From assembly GCF_963506605.1 (NCBI RefSeq), contig NC_083280.1:10168001-10232000 (forward strand): a DNA stretch of 64,000 nt, in the 5' to 3' direction. This DNA is from Zootoca vivipara (taxonomy: Eukaryota). Under the pieces are notes generated by a model. The model did no database searches, was not told the DNA's origin, and saw nothing but the letters and a program-made list of their open reading frames with translations. Positions 36,955-49,309 of the stretch are shown here, piece by piece (position 1 is the stretch's first letter; each line of letters begins with the position of its first letter). The translations under genes were made by a program, and so were the position numbers.

Positions 36955-37755
36955 GTAAGGAAAGCCTGATGGATTGGGCTAATGACCAATCTAGTCCAGT
37001 ATCCTGTTCTCACAGTGGCTAACAACATACCCAAGGAAAGCCCACAGCAAGAACTGCACTCTTCCCTCCTGCAATTTCCAGCAACTGGCATTCAGAAGCA
37101 TTACTCCTTCTGACAGTGGAGGTGGAAACTCAGCCAGCATGCCTACTGGCCACTGATATCCTTTTCCTCCATGAATTTGTCCAATCCTACTTTAAAACCA
37201 TCCAAGTTGGTGGCCATCACTGCCTCTGGTGAGAGCAAATCCCATAGTTTAATGATGTCCTGAATCTTCTAACCTTCAGCTTCATTGGAGGTCCACATGT
37301 TCTAGTGTCATGAGGGCGAAAAACTTTTCTCTGTCCATTTTCTCTATGCCATGCATTATTTTATACATCTCTATAATGTCTCACATCTTCTAAAACAGGG
37401 GTCCCCAAACTTACCCAGCTTTGGGCCAGTTCCTCCGGCGCCGATCGCGCGGCGGGCCAGAGGGTGGGGGAACGCACTCCCATACGGGTGTGCACTTGCT
37501 TTTTCTAGCGCAGGGCGCCACCGGAAATGACTTCTGTGCATGTGAAGACGTCATTTCCGGTGCACTTCCGGGTCGGCACGGCACATAAAATAGCTTGTGC
37601 CCAACTTGATGGGCAACCACACCGCGGCACGCCGGTAAGAGCGGGCAGCAGCGGGGGTCGTCGGGGGCCACACAATTGGCTCGCACGGGCTGCATCCGGC
37701 CCTGGGCCTTAGTTTGGGGACCCCTGTTCTAAACCAAAAAACTTAAAATGTTGGA
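36955..37755 (-). mobile_element. CR1-type LINE 3' fragment, interrupted by a hAT element
   Basis: CTAGTCCAGTATCCTGTTCTCACAGTGGC...TCCATGAATTTGTCCAATCCTACTTTAAAACCATCCAAGTTGGTGGCCATCAC is the reverse of a CR1 3' end (compare 8830-9163). Confidence 0.7.
37396..37726. mobile_element. hAT (Charlie-like) non-autonomous element, CpG-rich
   Basis: Perfect 16-bp TIR CAGGGGTCCCCAAACT / AGTTTGGGGACCCCTG; TSD TTCTAAAA / TTCTAAAC. Confidence 0.92.
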
Positions 37756-38446
37756 TTCTCTAGCAACAACCCAAATGTACAAGGCGTAACATCTTCCCCC
37801 CTTTCATAAATTAAATATTAAGTTATCAGGCCAGAGTAGTTCTCAGGACAGTGTCTCAAAGTGCAACAAATTTAATCCAGTTTGAAACCCATTTAATTTT
37901 AAGATGCTTCCCTTCCTGGCTCCAAATGCTGGGGCTTATGTAGCCTTTGTCAGTGCTCTATGGCCTCTTCTCAGAACTGCAGTTCCCAGGGCTCCTTGGG
38001 TAACAGCCAAATCAGTACAAGAGACTTGATAAACTGGTTCAGATTTATAGAGTCCCAAGAAAACGCTGGGTGTTATTCGCACCAACCAGTGTGTCATGGT
38101 TCTGCTTTTTGAAGTTCCTCACAGCAATGCCCAATGGGGAACTTGCATGGGAAAGTAGGTTCTCCTTTGAGTTTTGTATAAGGAACTCATGAATTCACTT
38201 GTGGGCAATTCTAATAGCCTCTGGTTATGTTCTGTGTTATCTACATCCAGAACATGCCTTCTCCCCTGCAAAATTATTTCTAAAATTCAGCATCAAAGTG
38301 ATCCAAGCACAACAAAGTTGAACATATTAAACTGTCTTTTGTCAGGCCATAATATATCGCTATATTCTGCTAATCTGACTCCAGGTGGCTCCATGAGATT
38401 TCAAACAGTGGCCTTTTCCTGCCCACCTGCCCAAGTTTCTTTAACT

Positions 38447-38829
38447 CAGAGGTGGGGAACCTCAGGCCTAGGGTCTCCCATGTGGCCCTCTATGTTTCAT
38501 TATCTGGCCCTCATGACTCTCCTGGACCATGCCTCTTCCCCAGGTTGCACCCTGCATCAGTTCCCCTCTGTGCCCTCCTTGGCTGCTTTTGCCTGGCTGG
38601 AATATGATGCTTTGTACTGGCCTAGATAGAAGATGTAGAAATGTGGGTGGATGTAGACATCTCTGATGTTCCTAAGGCCTGAATATAGCCTTTTGTATGA
38701 AGGTATAAGTCACATCCATTAAAGCTCTGCCCACTTTTGCCTGCAGCCCTGCCCACTGCTGACATGCAGCCCCTAGAAGTTTGCCTATGAGGTGGTATGG
38801 CCCTCAAACTGAAAAAGGCTCCCCCTCGG
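38447..38829. mobile_element. Older hAT (Charlie-like) element
   Basis: CAGAGGTGGGGAACCT... / ...AAAAAGGCTCCCCCTCGG; TSD CTTTAACT / CTTTAGTT (6/8). A similar left end is at ~15079. Confidence 0.6.
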
Positions 38830-38997
38830 CTTTAGTTAATGATGCCAAGAGTCATACATTGAGTTTTCCCATGCATGTTAGGTGTTCTACCTTTGAGTTG
38901 CAATCCTCAATCCCAATATTTTGTGAACATTCTAATAAATGAAAAAAGCATATGTTCATTGTATGTCCACATTAATTGTGTGCAGGTCATACAGTAA

Positions 38998-39364
38998 GGG
39001 ACCCAGGTGGCGCTGTGGGTTAAACCACAGAGTCTAGGGCTTGCTGATCAGAAGGTCGGCGGTTCGAATCCCTGCAATGGGGTGAGCTACCATTGCTCGG
39101 TCCTAGCTCCTGCCCACCTAGCAGTTCGAAAGCACATCAAAGTGCAAGTAGATAAATAGGGACCGCTCCGGCGGGAAGGTAAACGGCGTTTCCGTGCGCT
39201 GCTCTGGTTCACCAGAAGCAGCTTTGTCATGCTGGCCACATGACCCGGAAGCTATCTGCGGACAAACGCCAGCTCCCTCGGCCTATAGAGCGAGATGAGC
39301 GCGCAACCCCAGAGTCGGACACGACTGGACCTGATGGTCAGGGGCCCCTTTACCCTTTACCTTA
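38998..39364 (+). mobile_element. Full-length Sauria SINE
   Basis: GGGACCCAGGTGGCGCTGTGGGTTAAACC head, B-box GGTTCGAATCCC, tail (CCTTTA)n; near-identical to 1042-1364. Confidence 0.93.
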
Positions 39365-42300
39365 CATCTCAATGGAGCTTATGTGAGGAGAATCTCATGG
39401 TGGATTATGCTCTGTGAGGTGCCAGGGACTGGCAGGGCTCTGATGAGTGTGCGACGGAGGCAACAGGGCCAGAGGAGGATCCAGGAAATGGGGGCAGCAA
39501 TTTATGGAGTTTAGGAGAAGGGTCCTAGCAGTCAGAGAAGGAGGTGGGGAAACACAGGGCAGGCTGGGAGCAGAGGACGAGGCTGATCAGGTGAGGGATG
39601 GGCCAGTCAAACTGCTGCCGCCATCTACCCTGATGTCTCCTAAGAACCAGGAGGGGCTTGGAGAGGGAAGCACAGCAACGGCTTCCGGCAGAAGAAGTCT
39701 CGGGTTGCATGTGCACACTCCGTCATACAAGGGTACATAAACCTGGGGGCACATGGTCCCACTGTTGCATCAAATGCTCCACAAGGCTGGAAAATAGCTA
39801 TGGAGGCACTAGAAGTGTGTGTGCTTTTGTCAATAAAGTATTAACTAGTCGGCATTTGCCTTCCTTGGCTGGGTGTGCACAGGACATGGAGTTCGCTCTC
39901 CCTCCCATTCTTCCTGGTGCCCACACTCTGCTGCCTGAAGTATCCTTCTCACCTTGCTCTGTGGCAAGAGTGTCTCTATACATGAGGACTACATGAGTAA
40001 TGGTTGTAGGATTGGGTTCTATTTTTGTAAATAAAGCTGAACAAAGAATCCACTTGCTAAGGAATTCAGAGTTCAACTGATTTGTTAGCAAACTCCTGGC
40101 GCTGATAAAACACTTACATAAAATTGCCTATGAATATTTGTTATCTTGTGAGATTACATTTCTTCCCCACATTACAACTGGATCCCATGGAATCAAATGT
40201 GCGCTTAACTATTTGTTTTACAAAGCAGAAGTAGAACACCCCAGTTAAACCAGCTCACCTTCATTCCAGAGCATTTTTTGCATACCATGTAATTTCCTTG
40301 TCTTAATTTTTTAAAGCACCTGTTTTACTTGGGCACAATCCAAACAAAGTTAAGCACTTGTCAGTCCCAGGAAAATCAATGGGATTAAAATGTGCTTAGC
40401 TTTGGCTGGACTATGCCCTTAATGTTTTGTTAAATCTCGGGATGGTTGCATATATTCGAAAGTTACTCTTTTGAATAAAGAACCTTCTTTAACAATTCCT
40501 GGCAAGAAAAGCAGAAGAGGTATTTTAATACATACATTTTTAGCAATTCTGGGAAGATACATAGACTGTGAAGGAAAATGACTACTGTATTGTGTTCTGA
40601 ATCTATCCATTTTATTAACCCATCTGTTATTTACATGTGGATGCAAAAATAGTTTTGACTTGGCACAAAGGAAAAGCCCCCTTTCTACACCAAAAACCAG
40701 GGATGTCCTTAATGTTAAAAGCAAGATCTGAAGAAAAGGATGGAAGCAGCCCTCTGCAAAGATTTACAAACAAACAAACAAAGAATAAATAAATAAATAA
40801 ATGCGAACCAGAAAGTAACCACTAACAAGGATTGTTCCTCTCCCCCCCCCCCCGGGCCCCATCTCAACCCACTGCAATTGTTTTTTAATATGCTTTTAAT
40901 GACCTGGTCTCCTCATACCTACCTCCTTGCTTCCCAAACTGTTTGTACTGTCCCCAATAACACTCAGTGGAAAGCTGTCATTCCTGCCTAAATCCTTCCT
41001 TAGGTTGGATGCGATGCCGACGTTAGACAGGGTCAAGAGGTCACCATCGATTTTGGAGGCCACCTGGAGAGTCCAGGCCGTGAACTGACTCAAAAAATTT
41101 ATATCAGAGCTGGAATGGCCCACCTCCCAGGGTTAGGCCTTGGTGAACATTCTGCCAGCAGGATGGGGCCTGCCTGCCCCAGCTCAGAAAGAGGCCAGAG
41201 TTGTTGACCCTGTTAGCTGACCTCTTCAAACTTCTGGAGAATTTTTCTGGCAGTTACCACGGCGACTGGGCACTCCAAGCTTATCCTTCTTACTGGAAGG
41301 GGGGCGGAATTAAGAAGAAGAAAATGTTAAAATCTATCTTGCAGAGATGTCTATCAGAAATCAAATACATAAAATGTTTTAATTGTTTGCTTTTTGCGCT
41401 GTCTGCTCTGCCATTAAGTTCAAAATTCTAACATCAAGAAGACAATTAATATAAAAAAAGTTTTGAGTTTCCCATTAAAAGTGAGGAGCGGTGCTTAGAA
41501 CAAGTGGCATTGCCTCTTCCACTACAACAGCTATTTCAAGATGTGCTGGTTAAAAACCAGAGCCAAGCATGTAAATACAGCCCAACCAATAATTTCACCA
41601 CCAACAGCAACAACTAAAAGCCCTACACATCAAAACTTTATTGGATTCTCTTTTTTAAAAATGGTCCAATATAAACACAATTATTTAGAAAAAGAAAAAG
41701 AAAAAAATCCTGTCTGGTATAAATGCTAATTGTCTCCTTCTTAAAATTATCCAAAGTAAATATTATACTATAAAATGGTAGCCGCATGTACGGGAGGGAG
41801 GGAGGGAGGGAATAGAGGTGCCTACTGGCTTTCAGAAAAGGGTGTCAATTACTGTAGGTAAGCAAAGTCGAAAAGAAAGTTTGCGTGCCTTAGCAAGTGC
41901 CCCAAAGGATATGAGGAGCAATCCTAAGCATACTTTCTCATAAATAAATCTCACTGAACTCAGTGGGATTTTAAGTCTCTTCAGAGAACTAAGTTCATAA
42001 AGTTTCTTGTTGTCTGGAAATTAAACAGAGAGAAAAGTGGTTCAATGAGTCATGTAGACTCCATAAGACTCCTCTTCAGGATTCTCTCCCTACCCCTCAA
42101 TTCTTTATTTAGGAATTAACACAGTACTGCAAAAATCACCCTTATATGACAAGATATAACATATCAAATAATGTTTTGGTGAAAGAGTGAACAATGGGAA
42201 TAATGGAGTACAGCAGAATATCAAATACATAAAAATGAATCAATGAGCTAATTATATTTAATCAAGAAAATAAGTTTCAAGAGGCTAATGGAAATGGGAA

Positions 42301-42534
42301 GAAACCAAAAAAGTATGGGTAGAGGAGGCAACAAGAAGAATATTCTGCAAAACAATAGCTGTAGAGATATATCATTATAAGAAGACAACAAATCTCTAAG
42401 CAAAATTGTTAAGAATAGTCTGAATGCTGATGCTTCAACTTTCAATGTGCAAGAGTGTGTTCAAAAGGAGTCCTTTTGCTCTTTGCGCCAGACCAATCCA
42501 CATTGCAGTAAGCTAACTGAACTTTAGATTCAAG

Positions 42535-42580
42535 CATAGATTCATAGAATTTTAGAATTGGAAGGGACCATGGAGGCCCA
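42535..42580 (-). mobile_element. CR1 3' terminal remnant
   Basis: TCATAGAATTTTAGAATTGGAAGGGACC is the reverse complement of the CR1 end GGTCCCTTCCAAC...ATTCTATGA. Confidence 0.6.
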
Positions 42581-44943
42581 TTACTTTGGGCCAATCAGTG
42601 CACATAGCAAATGGCCATGATCCAGAATTCAGAATGCTCACAACGCAGTTCACAATCCAAGACACGCATCCCTTGCCTCTGCAAAGCACCCAAGGCTGGA
42701 TTGTGTCCAGCAGAAGATTGGTAGGCCTGGATCAGGGTCCTGGTAGATAGCCATGTTAGCCTGCTGCAGCAGAAATTTTAAGGGGGCAACTTAAAGATGA
42801 ATAAAATTGCAATAAAAAATAACTTTTAAGAAGACTAACAATTTTATTGCAATGCAAGCTTTTGTTAGGTAGAGTCCATTTCATCAGATGCATGGCATAT
42901 GGGCGCTTTTGTAAGGTTGGTGCAAGCTGAAGCAATCACATTGTGATTTGAAATGTGGATAGATACACCCAGTCCACATTCTCAACATTCGGCCTACTCT
43001 TTGAAAACAGAAGTACATACATGCAGCTGCAATTGGAGACTGGGGAAGAAAGATCTTCCCCGAACCCCTCCAACCTCAAGTCTTCTGTTTATCAATGCCA
43101 AACACACCACACCTGCAACCTTTCTCTGAATTCTGCCAGCCAGGGTGGACAATGCTGGCTTAGATGGACCATTCGTCTGACATTATAAGGCAGCTTCTTC
43201 TGCCTTGTACAGAAACTGGCTCCAAATCTCAGGCCTCTACAACAGAACTACCGGTATGTCATTCAGAGAGGGGTGGGTGTGTTATAGTGAACACTGAATG
43301 TAGCAGCTCACTGGGTTCATTGAGTGATCACTTGGGACAGTGAAGCTTTTCTTTTGACATTTTCTGTCACATTCTTGTGGAACAGCTCTGTCCATCCGAG
43401 AGCGTGCCCTTCCTGGTTGCTGATGAACTCATGCTGTGGGTTGGTGATTCACATGAGAACCATGGTGCCACCTCATTCCCGGGTGACATGGTAAAATGCT
43501 GACTGTTCTGCCCACAGCCAAGCACCCCCTTGGCGACTTTACAAAAAGGAAGAAAAAGAAGGCCTTGCGGCTGGTAGAGATGTGAGCTCCTCAGACCGGA
43601 AATGAAATCTCAGTCTAGTCAAGCAGAAAAGCCTGAAGCAGTGGGATTTCATCAAGAAAGCCTGCAGCTCCTGAGTCACACACTTCTTGGGGAGGAGATC
43701 CGCTGGATGCTGGTAGGATGCAGAGATATAATGAGGGCTGAAAAGAAGACTGGACTTCCATATCATTAATAGTTGTGTAGCAGAGGGAGGTTGAAGAAGT
43801 ACACATTTTCTTATGTCTACAACACTGTGACAGTAATAAACAATACAGCCAGAAGACTCTCTTCTGCATTTATTAGATGCACAGAAGTGCTGGCTTCCAC
43901 TTCACTTCCATATCTCATTTCAATCTATGCTTGGGATGGGAGTAAGCCGGGGCTATCACAGACCTACCTCCATTGATTCCACCATTTGCTGCCTGCTAAG
44001 GCTCAATATGCATGTGCTGATGTTACTTAGCAGAGAGGAAGATTCACAGGCTGGTGGCTCAGAAGGGACATACCCCCAACCTGCTTTGGTTTGCGGGGAG
44101 AAGGTATCCTAACCTGCCTTCCTTTTGTTACAGTCAGGGCCACCAGCTGTTGTTTCCTCCATACCCAATATGGCTATCTATGGCTTCATGGCTATCTATG
44201 GAGAAACATTTTGCAAAAAGCATTCACAAGGGTGGCCAACAAATCATTCATTTCCATTTTGCTCAGGTGTATTCTCACAATATCTGCTCCCACACTGGCC
44301 AAACCTAGTCATGTCTCCTGCTCATTTTCTCCTTTGTCTGTTCCTTTTGCCACCTGCTAAATGTTTACCATCCTGCCACCAACCCTGCAAACATACTCAT
44401 TTTCCCCAGGTAAGAAAGTGAACAAAAGAAGTTTGTGCAAAACCTTGCTTGCATTGTCCACATCCTGCCTGTTCATTTTATCTCTGAATCCACTACCATG
44501 CTTCTGAGGCATAAGACCCCTGCAGGATTCTAAATAAAAGCAGACATACTCAATGGATTAATAATATATAAAAAAACAAGCATACATACTGGATGGTTTT
44601 AGGCAAGTCATTATATCCTGACCTGCACACCTCTAGCATGAGCAATGCCTACCTCACATTATAATACATTTTGTACTTCAGAAGTGGAAATAGACCACCT
44701 CCCAGCATGTTGTATAGATGACTCTTTTGATCCAAACATGTTTGTGGGCATACATCAATGAGAATCATTTCTAGTAAATAGAAGACAATATTCCAAAACT
44801 AAATTCAAAACTCTCTTTTCCCTCATGTGCTAATCAGTGGGATGGAGCAGAGGGTGAATGTGACCTGAAAAACCAAACATATGCTGAAACAAGCCAAAAT
44901 TTGCAAGGATCTACGTTGGTCAACCAAAATTAGCAAGGATATA

Positions 44944-45168
44944 CAGTGGTACCTTTAGTTATGAACTTAACTCGTTCCGGAGGTCTGTTCTTAACTTGAA
45001 TCTGGTCGTAACTAGAGGCGTGCTTTCGCTAATGGGGCCTCTTGCTGCCGCTGCACCGCCAGCACACAATTTCCGTTCTCATCCTGGGCCACAGTTCTCA
45101 ACTCAAGGCAACTCTTCCAGGTTAGCGGAGTTTGTAACCTGAGGCATTTGTAACTCGAGGTACCACTG
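44944..45168. mobile_element. Tc1/mariner MITE, family A
   Basis: TIR CAGTGGTACCT / AGGTACCACTG, TA TSD; colinear with 10713. Confidence 0.9.
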
Positions 45169-46961
45169 TATGTCTGCAGCCACCCCACTGTTCCCTGTTG
45201 GATGAGGACTGAAGAACACATCAAGAGAAGCAGCAGGAATGGGTATGGTGGAGTGCTTAAGTTACAGGAGCCCACAAATCATCTTTGTGATGTCCCCATA
45301 ACTACTGTTTTTCATAGCTTCTGGGAGTAGAGTTTGTGGGCTTTCTTAAGGACTGCCCATTTTCCCACACACATTAATCCAAGCAGTGATCAGGTGGTGA
45401 ATCTCCTTTGCCCAAACTTGGCCAACTTTTCCCTACTGACCCCAAATCAGTGGTAGTGCCAGTAGACTAGAGGTTCCAAAGGGGAAAGGAACTGCTGAGT
45501 ACTCAAATGCATAGTGTTATGCATCCCAATAGAACTCCTTCCTCCTCTGATTTCTTGCAACTGGTATTCATAAATATTACTGCCTCTGATTGGCTAGTAG
45601 CCACTTATATCCTAATTCAAATTCCATAATTCAACTGTGAGATGTGTGATTAAGTACTTCCATTTGTGATTAAGTACTTCCAGAATTGTGGTTCCAGAAC
45701 CACACAGGTTCTTAACTTCTGCTACACACAGACACACAAAAATAAAGAAAATCTCATATCTTAATATTCCAAGTGTTCAAGAACCAATTAAATGGAACAA
45801 AAACAAACAAACAAACAAAAAGCAAGGTCAGGAATTCACTTGAATATTGCTCAGATTACAGCACTCCATCCCAATTCTGGACTTTCCTGAGAAAGAATGA
45901 GTCAGGTTTTATTTGCATTGCCATGAATCCCTAGGCAAGGTACAGATGGGAAACAGGAGGTGTGGTGTTTTTTTAAGTGAGATTAGCAACTACAGGACAG
46001 GAGTCAATAATCATCTATACCACATTTACTAAATATTTTTTTCAGAATATTTCCACTGTGTCCTGATGTGGACACAAGTTAAAGGATTCACAGGGATTTG
46101 TGAGTAAACATCCCATCTGCTAAAGTGTGTGCAAGCACAATGATGTCATGAATTGTCCCATTGTGATCTGGTGTGCATGTGTTTTTCTGCCAGTGGTTGT
46201 GATATGTGTGTGAAGTGAGTGAGTGTGAACATGAAGGATCTTGAATTTTTTTGGCTAATACAGGCTTCACCAACCTGGTGCCCTCCCATTAGCACAAGCC
46301 AGCAGGTTGGCAAAGCCTGGTCTAATAGTCTCTTGGAAGAAGGTGGCAGCTTGTCCCCGTAATTGCATGAAGTTATTTGTGTGGTATAGTATTTTTAACC
46401 TCAATACCCTCCCTGTGATTAAAAACAACAATAATATGTTTGCCCTCATAAATGGTGTGCGTTTTAATTTTTATTAGCAATTGTGACAGGGATGCCTGCA
46501 ATTGATTTTTTTCCACCCTCCTCTTGCTAATCAGCCTGGAGAACCCTCTCAGCTGTAATTAAAGCCCATATTACAGGCCTCTTGGTGTTCACTTGTCTCT
46601 TAGCTTACTGTGCCATGAAATACCGTACATCAAATGGAATACTACTGTACAAGATAGGCTCCTTGCCAACTCCCGGGGCTATTATACAAGCTTGCCTTTC
46701 GCGTCCACACAAGATGCTAGCATCATCTCAGGCACAACATCAAGAGAAAAATGGAAGCAATCTTCGGAGAAGGGGAAATAGAAAGAGGGGCATTGGTTGT
46801 GGGGAAGGGGGGCAGCGAGTGGCCTCCTACTGTTTGTACTTCAGGAGGCTGCAACCAGTGGTGGACCCACATTTTGGGGACCCTGAACTGTTATGCGGGC
46901 CCCTTCACAACCAGCAACAAGTTCTGGGTAACCACTGTTGTCTTCTTCACTTGGGTTGTTC

Positions 46962-46962
<1 letters not shown>

Positions 46963-47013
<51 letters not shown>

Positions 47014-47300
47014 TCACCCATCTGGCTGGGTTTCCCCAGCCACTCTGGGTGGCTTCCAATGAAGACTAAAAATACATTAAAACATCAGTCATTAAAAACT
47101 TCCCTAAAGAGGGCTGCCTTCAGATGGTCTTCTAAACGTCAGATAGTTGTTTATCTCTTTGACATCTGATGGGAGGGCATTCCACAGGGGGGGGCACCAT
47201 TACTGAGAAGGCCCTCTGCCTGGTTCCCTGTAGCTTGGCTTGTCGCAGTGAGGGAACCGCCAGAAGGCTCTCGGCGCTGAATCTCCGTGTCCAGGCATGA
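46963..47300 (-). mobile_element. L2 LINE 3' fragment with (TAA)n tail
   Basis: Minus-strand translation LLAVPSLRQAKLQGTRQRAFSV..PP is typical of the L2 ORF2 C-terminus; terminus matches 14845 and 23335. Confidence 0.85.
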
Positions 47301-47640
47301 CAGATCACCACCATTTAAAAAAGAAAATTAACTACTGCATCTCAGACTTTGATTTAAAATGTTGTACTGGATTATCCCATATGTCAAAGTCACTGATGTG
47401 AATAAAAAATTCCTATGCCTTATGTTTTTCAAGTTATGAGGAGCAGAATGAGGGAAAATGAGGGAAATGTTTTATATACTGGTATATGCATAATGCACTA
47501 TTTAAAGCTTTTTTTAAAAAAAAGCAATGTGGACTAAAGTTACTTATGGAGCCCCTCTGGTATTAGGGGCCCTGACGTTTAAGCTGTGAGCCTCCCTGAG
47601 ACTTGAAGGTATATAAATTCAATAAATAAATAAATAAATA

Positions 47641-47870
47641 CACTTTGGCCACCTCATGAGAAGAGAAGACTCCCTGGAAAAGACCCTGATGTTGGGAAAG
47701 ATTGAGGGCACTAGGAGAAGGGGACGACAGAGGACGAGATGGTTGGACAGTGTTCTCGAAGCTACGAACATGAGTTTGACCAAACTGCGGGAGGCAGTGG
47801 AAGACAGGAGTGCCTGGCATGCTCTGGTCCATGGGGTCACAAAGAGTTGGACACGACTAAACAACAACAA
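47641..47870 (+). mobile_element. RTE-BovB LINE 3' fragment with (CAA)n tail
   Basis: ORF MRREDSLEKTLMLGKIEGTRRRGRQRTRWLDSVLEATNMSLTKLREAVEDRSAW; ends GACACGACTAAACAACAACAA. Confidence 0.95.
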
Positions 47871-47993
47871 ATTAGTTTCATAGTAGATCAGCCTGTGGCT
47901 GCAACAAGCTAATCTGGAGTGTTCTCATTAACTTCAGGGGCACCTTCAGAGCAAGTGCTGTGACTACAGCAAGGTCCATGTTTGTGACTTATA

Positions 47994-48346
47994 CAGGTGA
48001 AACTCGGAAAATGAGACTATCGTCGAAAAGTGCATTTATTTCAGTAATGCAACTTAAAAGGTGAAACCAATATATGAGATAGATGCATGACATGCAAAGC
48101 AAGATATGTCAAGCCTTTATTTGTTGTAATTGTAATTATTTGTCGTTAGGCGGGTCAATGATAAATGGAATGTAATTAATGAAATGTAATAGCGATGTTT
48201 ATTTTTGTATTATTGCAACTATTTGTTTTATTACTGTGGAATTTCCAAAAGAAAGCATTTGTAAAAATTTAAAGAAAAAATAATAAGTTGCATTACTGAA
48301 ATAAATGCACTTTTCAACGATATTCTAATTTTCCGAGTTTCACCTG
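47994..48346. mobile_element. Tc1/mariner non-autonomous element with long TIRs
   Basis: About 62-bp TIR CAGGTGAAACTCGGAAAAT...GTAATGCAACTTA / TAAGTTGCATTAC...TTTTCCGAGTTTCACCTG, TA TSD. Confidence 0.92.
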
Positions 48347-48706
48347 TATATCAAGGTGGAAACATATCTCATGGGAACCAAGTGACACACTTAGGAATGT
48401 GGTGCTATGTGGGGCAACTGAATCATCCTCGGAGTAACTTTTATTTAAAAGTCTCTACTCACCCACTTCATACATCTGATAAAGGAAGTTGTTGTTGTTG
48501 CTGCTGCTGCTGCTGCTATTTGTAATTGCTGATGTCATAATAAGGTATCAAAGGAGAAGCATTATGATAAAACATTGCTTCCTGTTTCACCGATGATACT
48601 AAATAGGGGAAAAATTGGGGCAGGTGGGGGGTAATAAGGTAGTATGTGACAGGGAATTTTGGCACCCATCTCACTGTCCCTCTAAGTAAAATGCACTGCC
48701 ATTGTT

Positions 48707-48922
48707 TTTTTATTTTTTTGTTTTTTTATTAAGGATTTTGTTGATTTACAAAAATATGTGCAATGTCTCGTAACATTTTTTCAGATCAGTTTCATTTGTT
48801 GAGACATTGGGAAGGAGGGGGGAAAGAGGTAGATGGGGGAAAGGTGGGTGGGTGTGGGTTCGGGTGACGGTGTTTCTATTTTACTTAATATATGGGGGGG
48901 AGGGGGTTGTCAGCGTCGCTTG
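48707..48922 (-). mobile_element. Poly(A)-tailed retroinsertion (L1-like 3' end)
   Basis: Perfect 16-bp TSD ATGCACTGCCATTGTT (48691-48706, 48923-48938); minus strand has AATAAA followed by an A-rich tail. Confidence 0.88.
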
Positions 48923-49192
48923 ATGCACTGCCATTGTTGATCCTCTGCGGTCTTCAAACTAGTGATGTCCAAAAGCTGCAGGAGGAATATTATTTCCATA
49001 TAACTGTTCTCAGCTTCAAGCCGGGTGACTGAATTTTTGCTTGCTCTGTTTTTGCTTGCATTCATTGATTCTATATTGCTGGGTTGGGGAACCTGGGGCT
49101 ATTCACATGCTGCTGGACAAATCCCATCACCCCTGATTATTGGGTGTGCTGATTGGGGCTGATGAGAGTTGAAGCCTAACCACATCTAGAGG

Positions 49193-49309
49193 CAGGTAGC
49201 CATGTTTGGTCTGATGCAGTGCATGCACACAAAAGCTTATACCCAGATCAAACTTAGTTGGTCTCTAAGGTGCTCCTGGACAATTTTTTACATTTTTAAA
49301 TGTATTTCA
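49193..49309 (+). mobile_element. Penelope-like fragment nested in a hAT MITE
   Basis: TGCATGCACACAAAAGCTTATACC...TTAGTTGGTCTCTAAGGTGC; 11-bp duplication ACATCTAGAGG (49182-49192, 49310-49320). A related minus-strand piece is at ~42830-42895. Family call is from recall only. Confidence 0.6.

Noticed and set aside
38998-39075. tRNA gene (A/B boxes)
   Set aside because: It is the tRNA-derived head of a Sauria SINE and continues into SINE body and tail; the same applies at 1042 and 13738.
46582-47169. Longest ORF (195 aa) with poly-Ile
   Set aside because: Reads through the (ATT)n tail and antisense strand of an L2 element.
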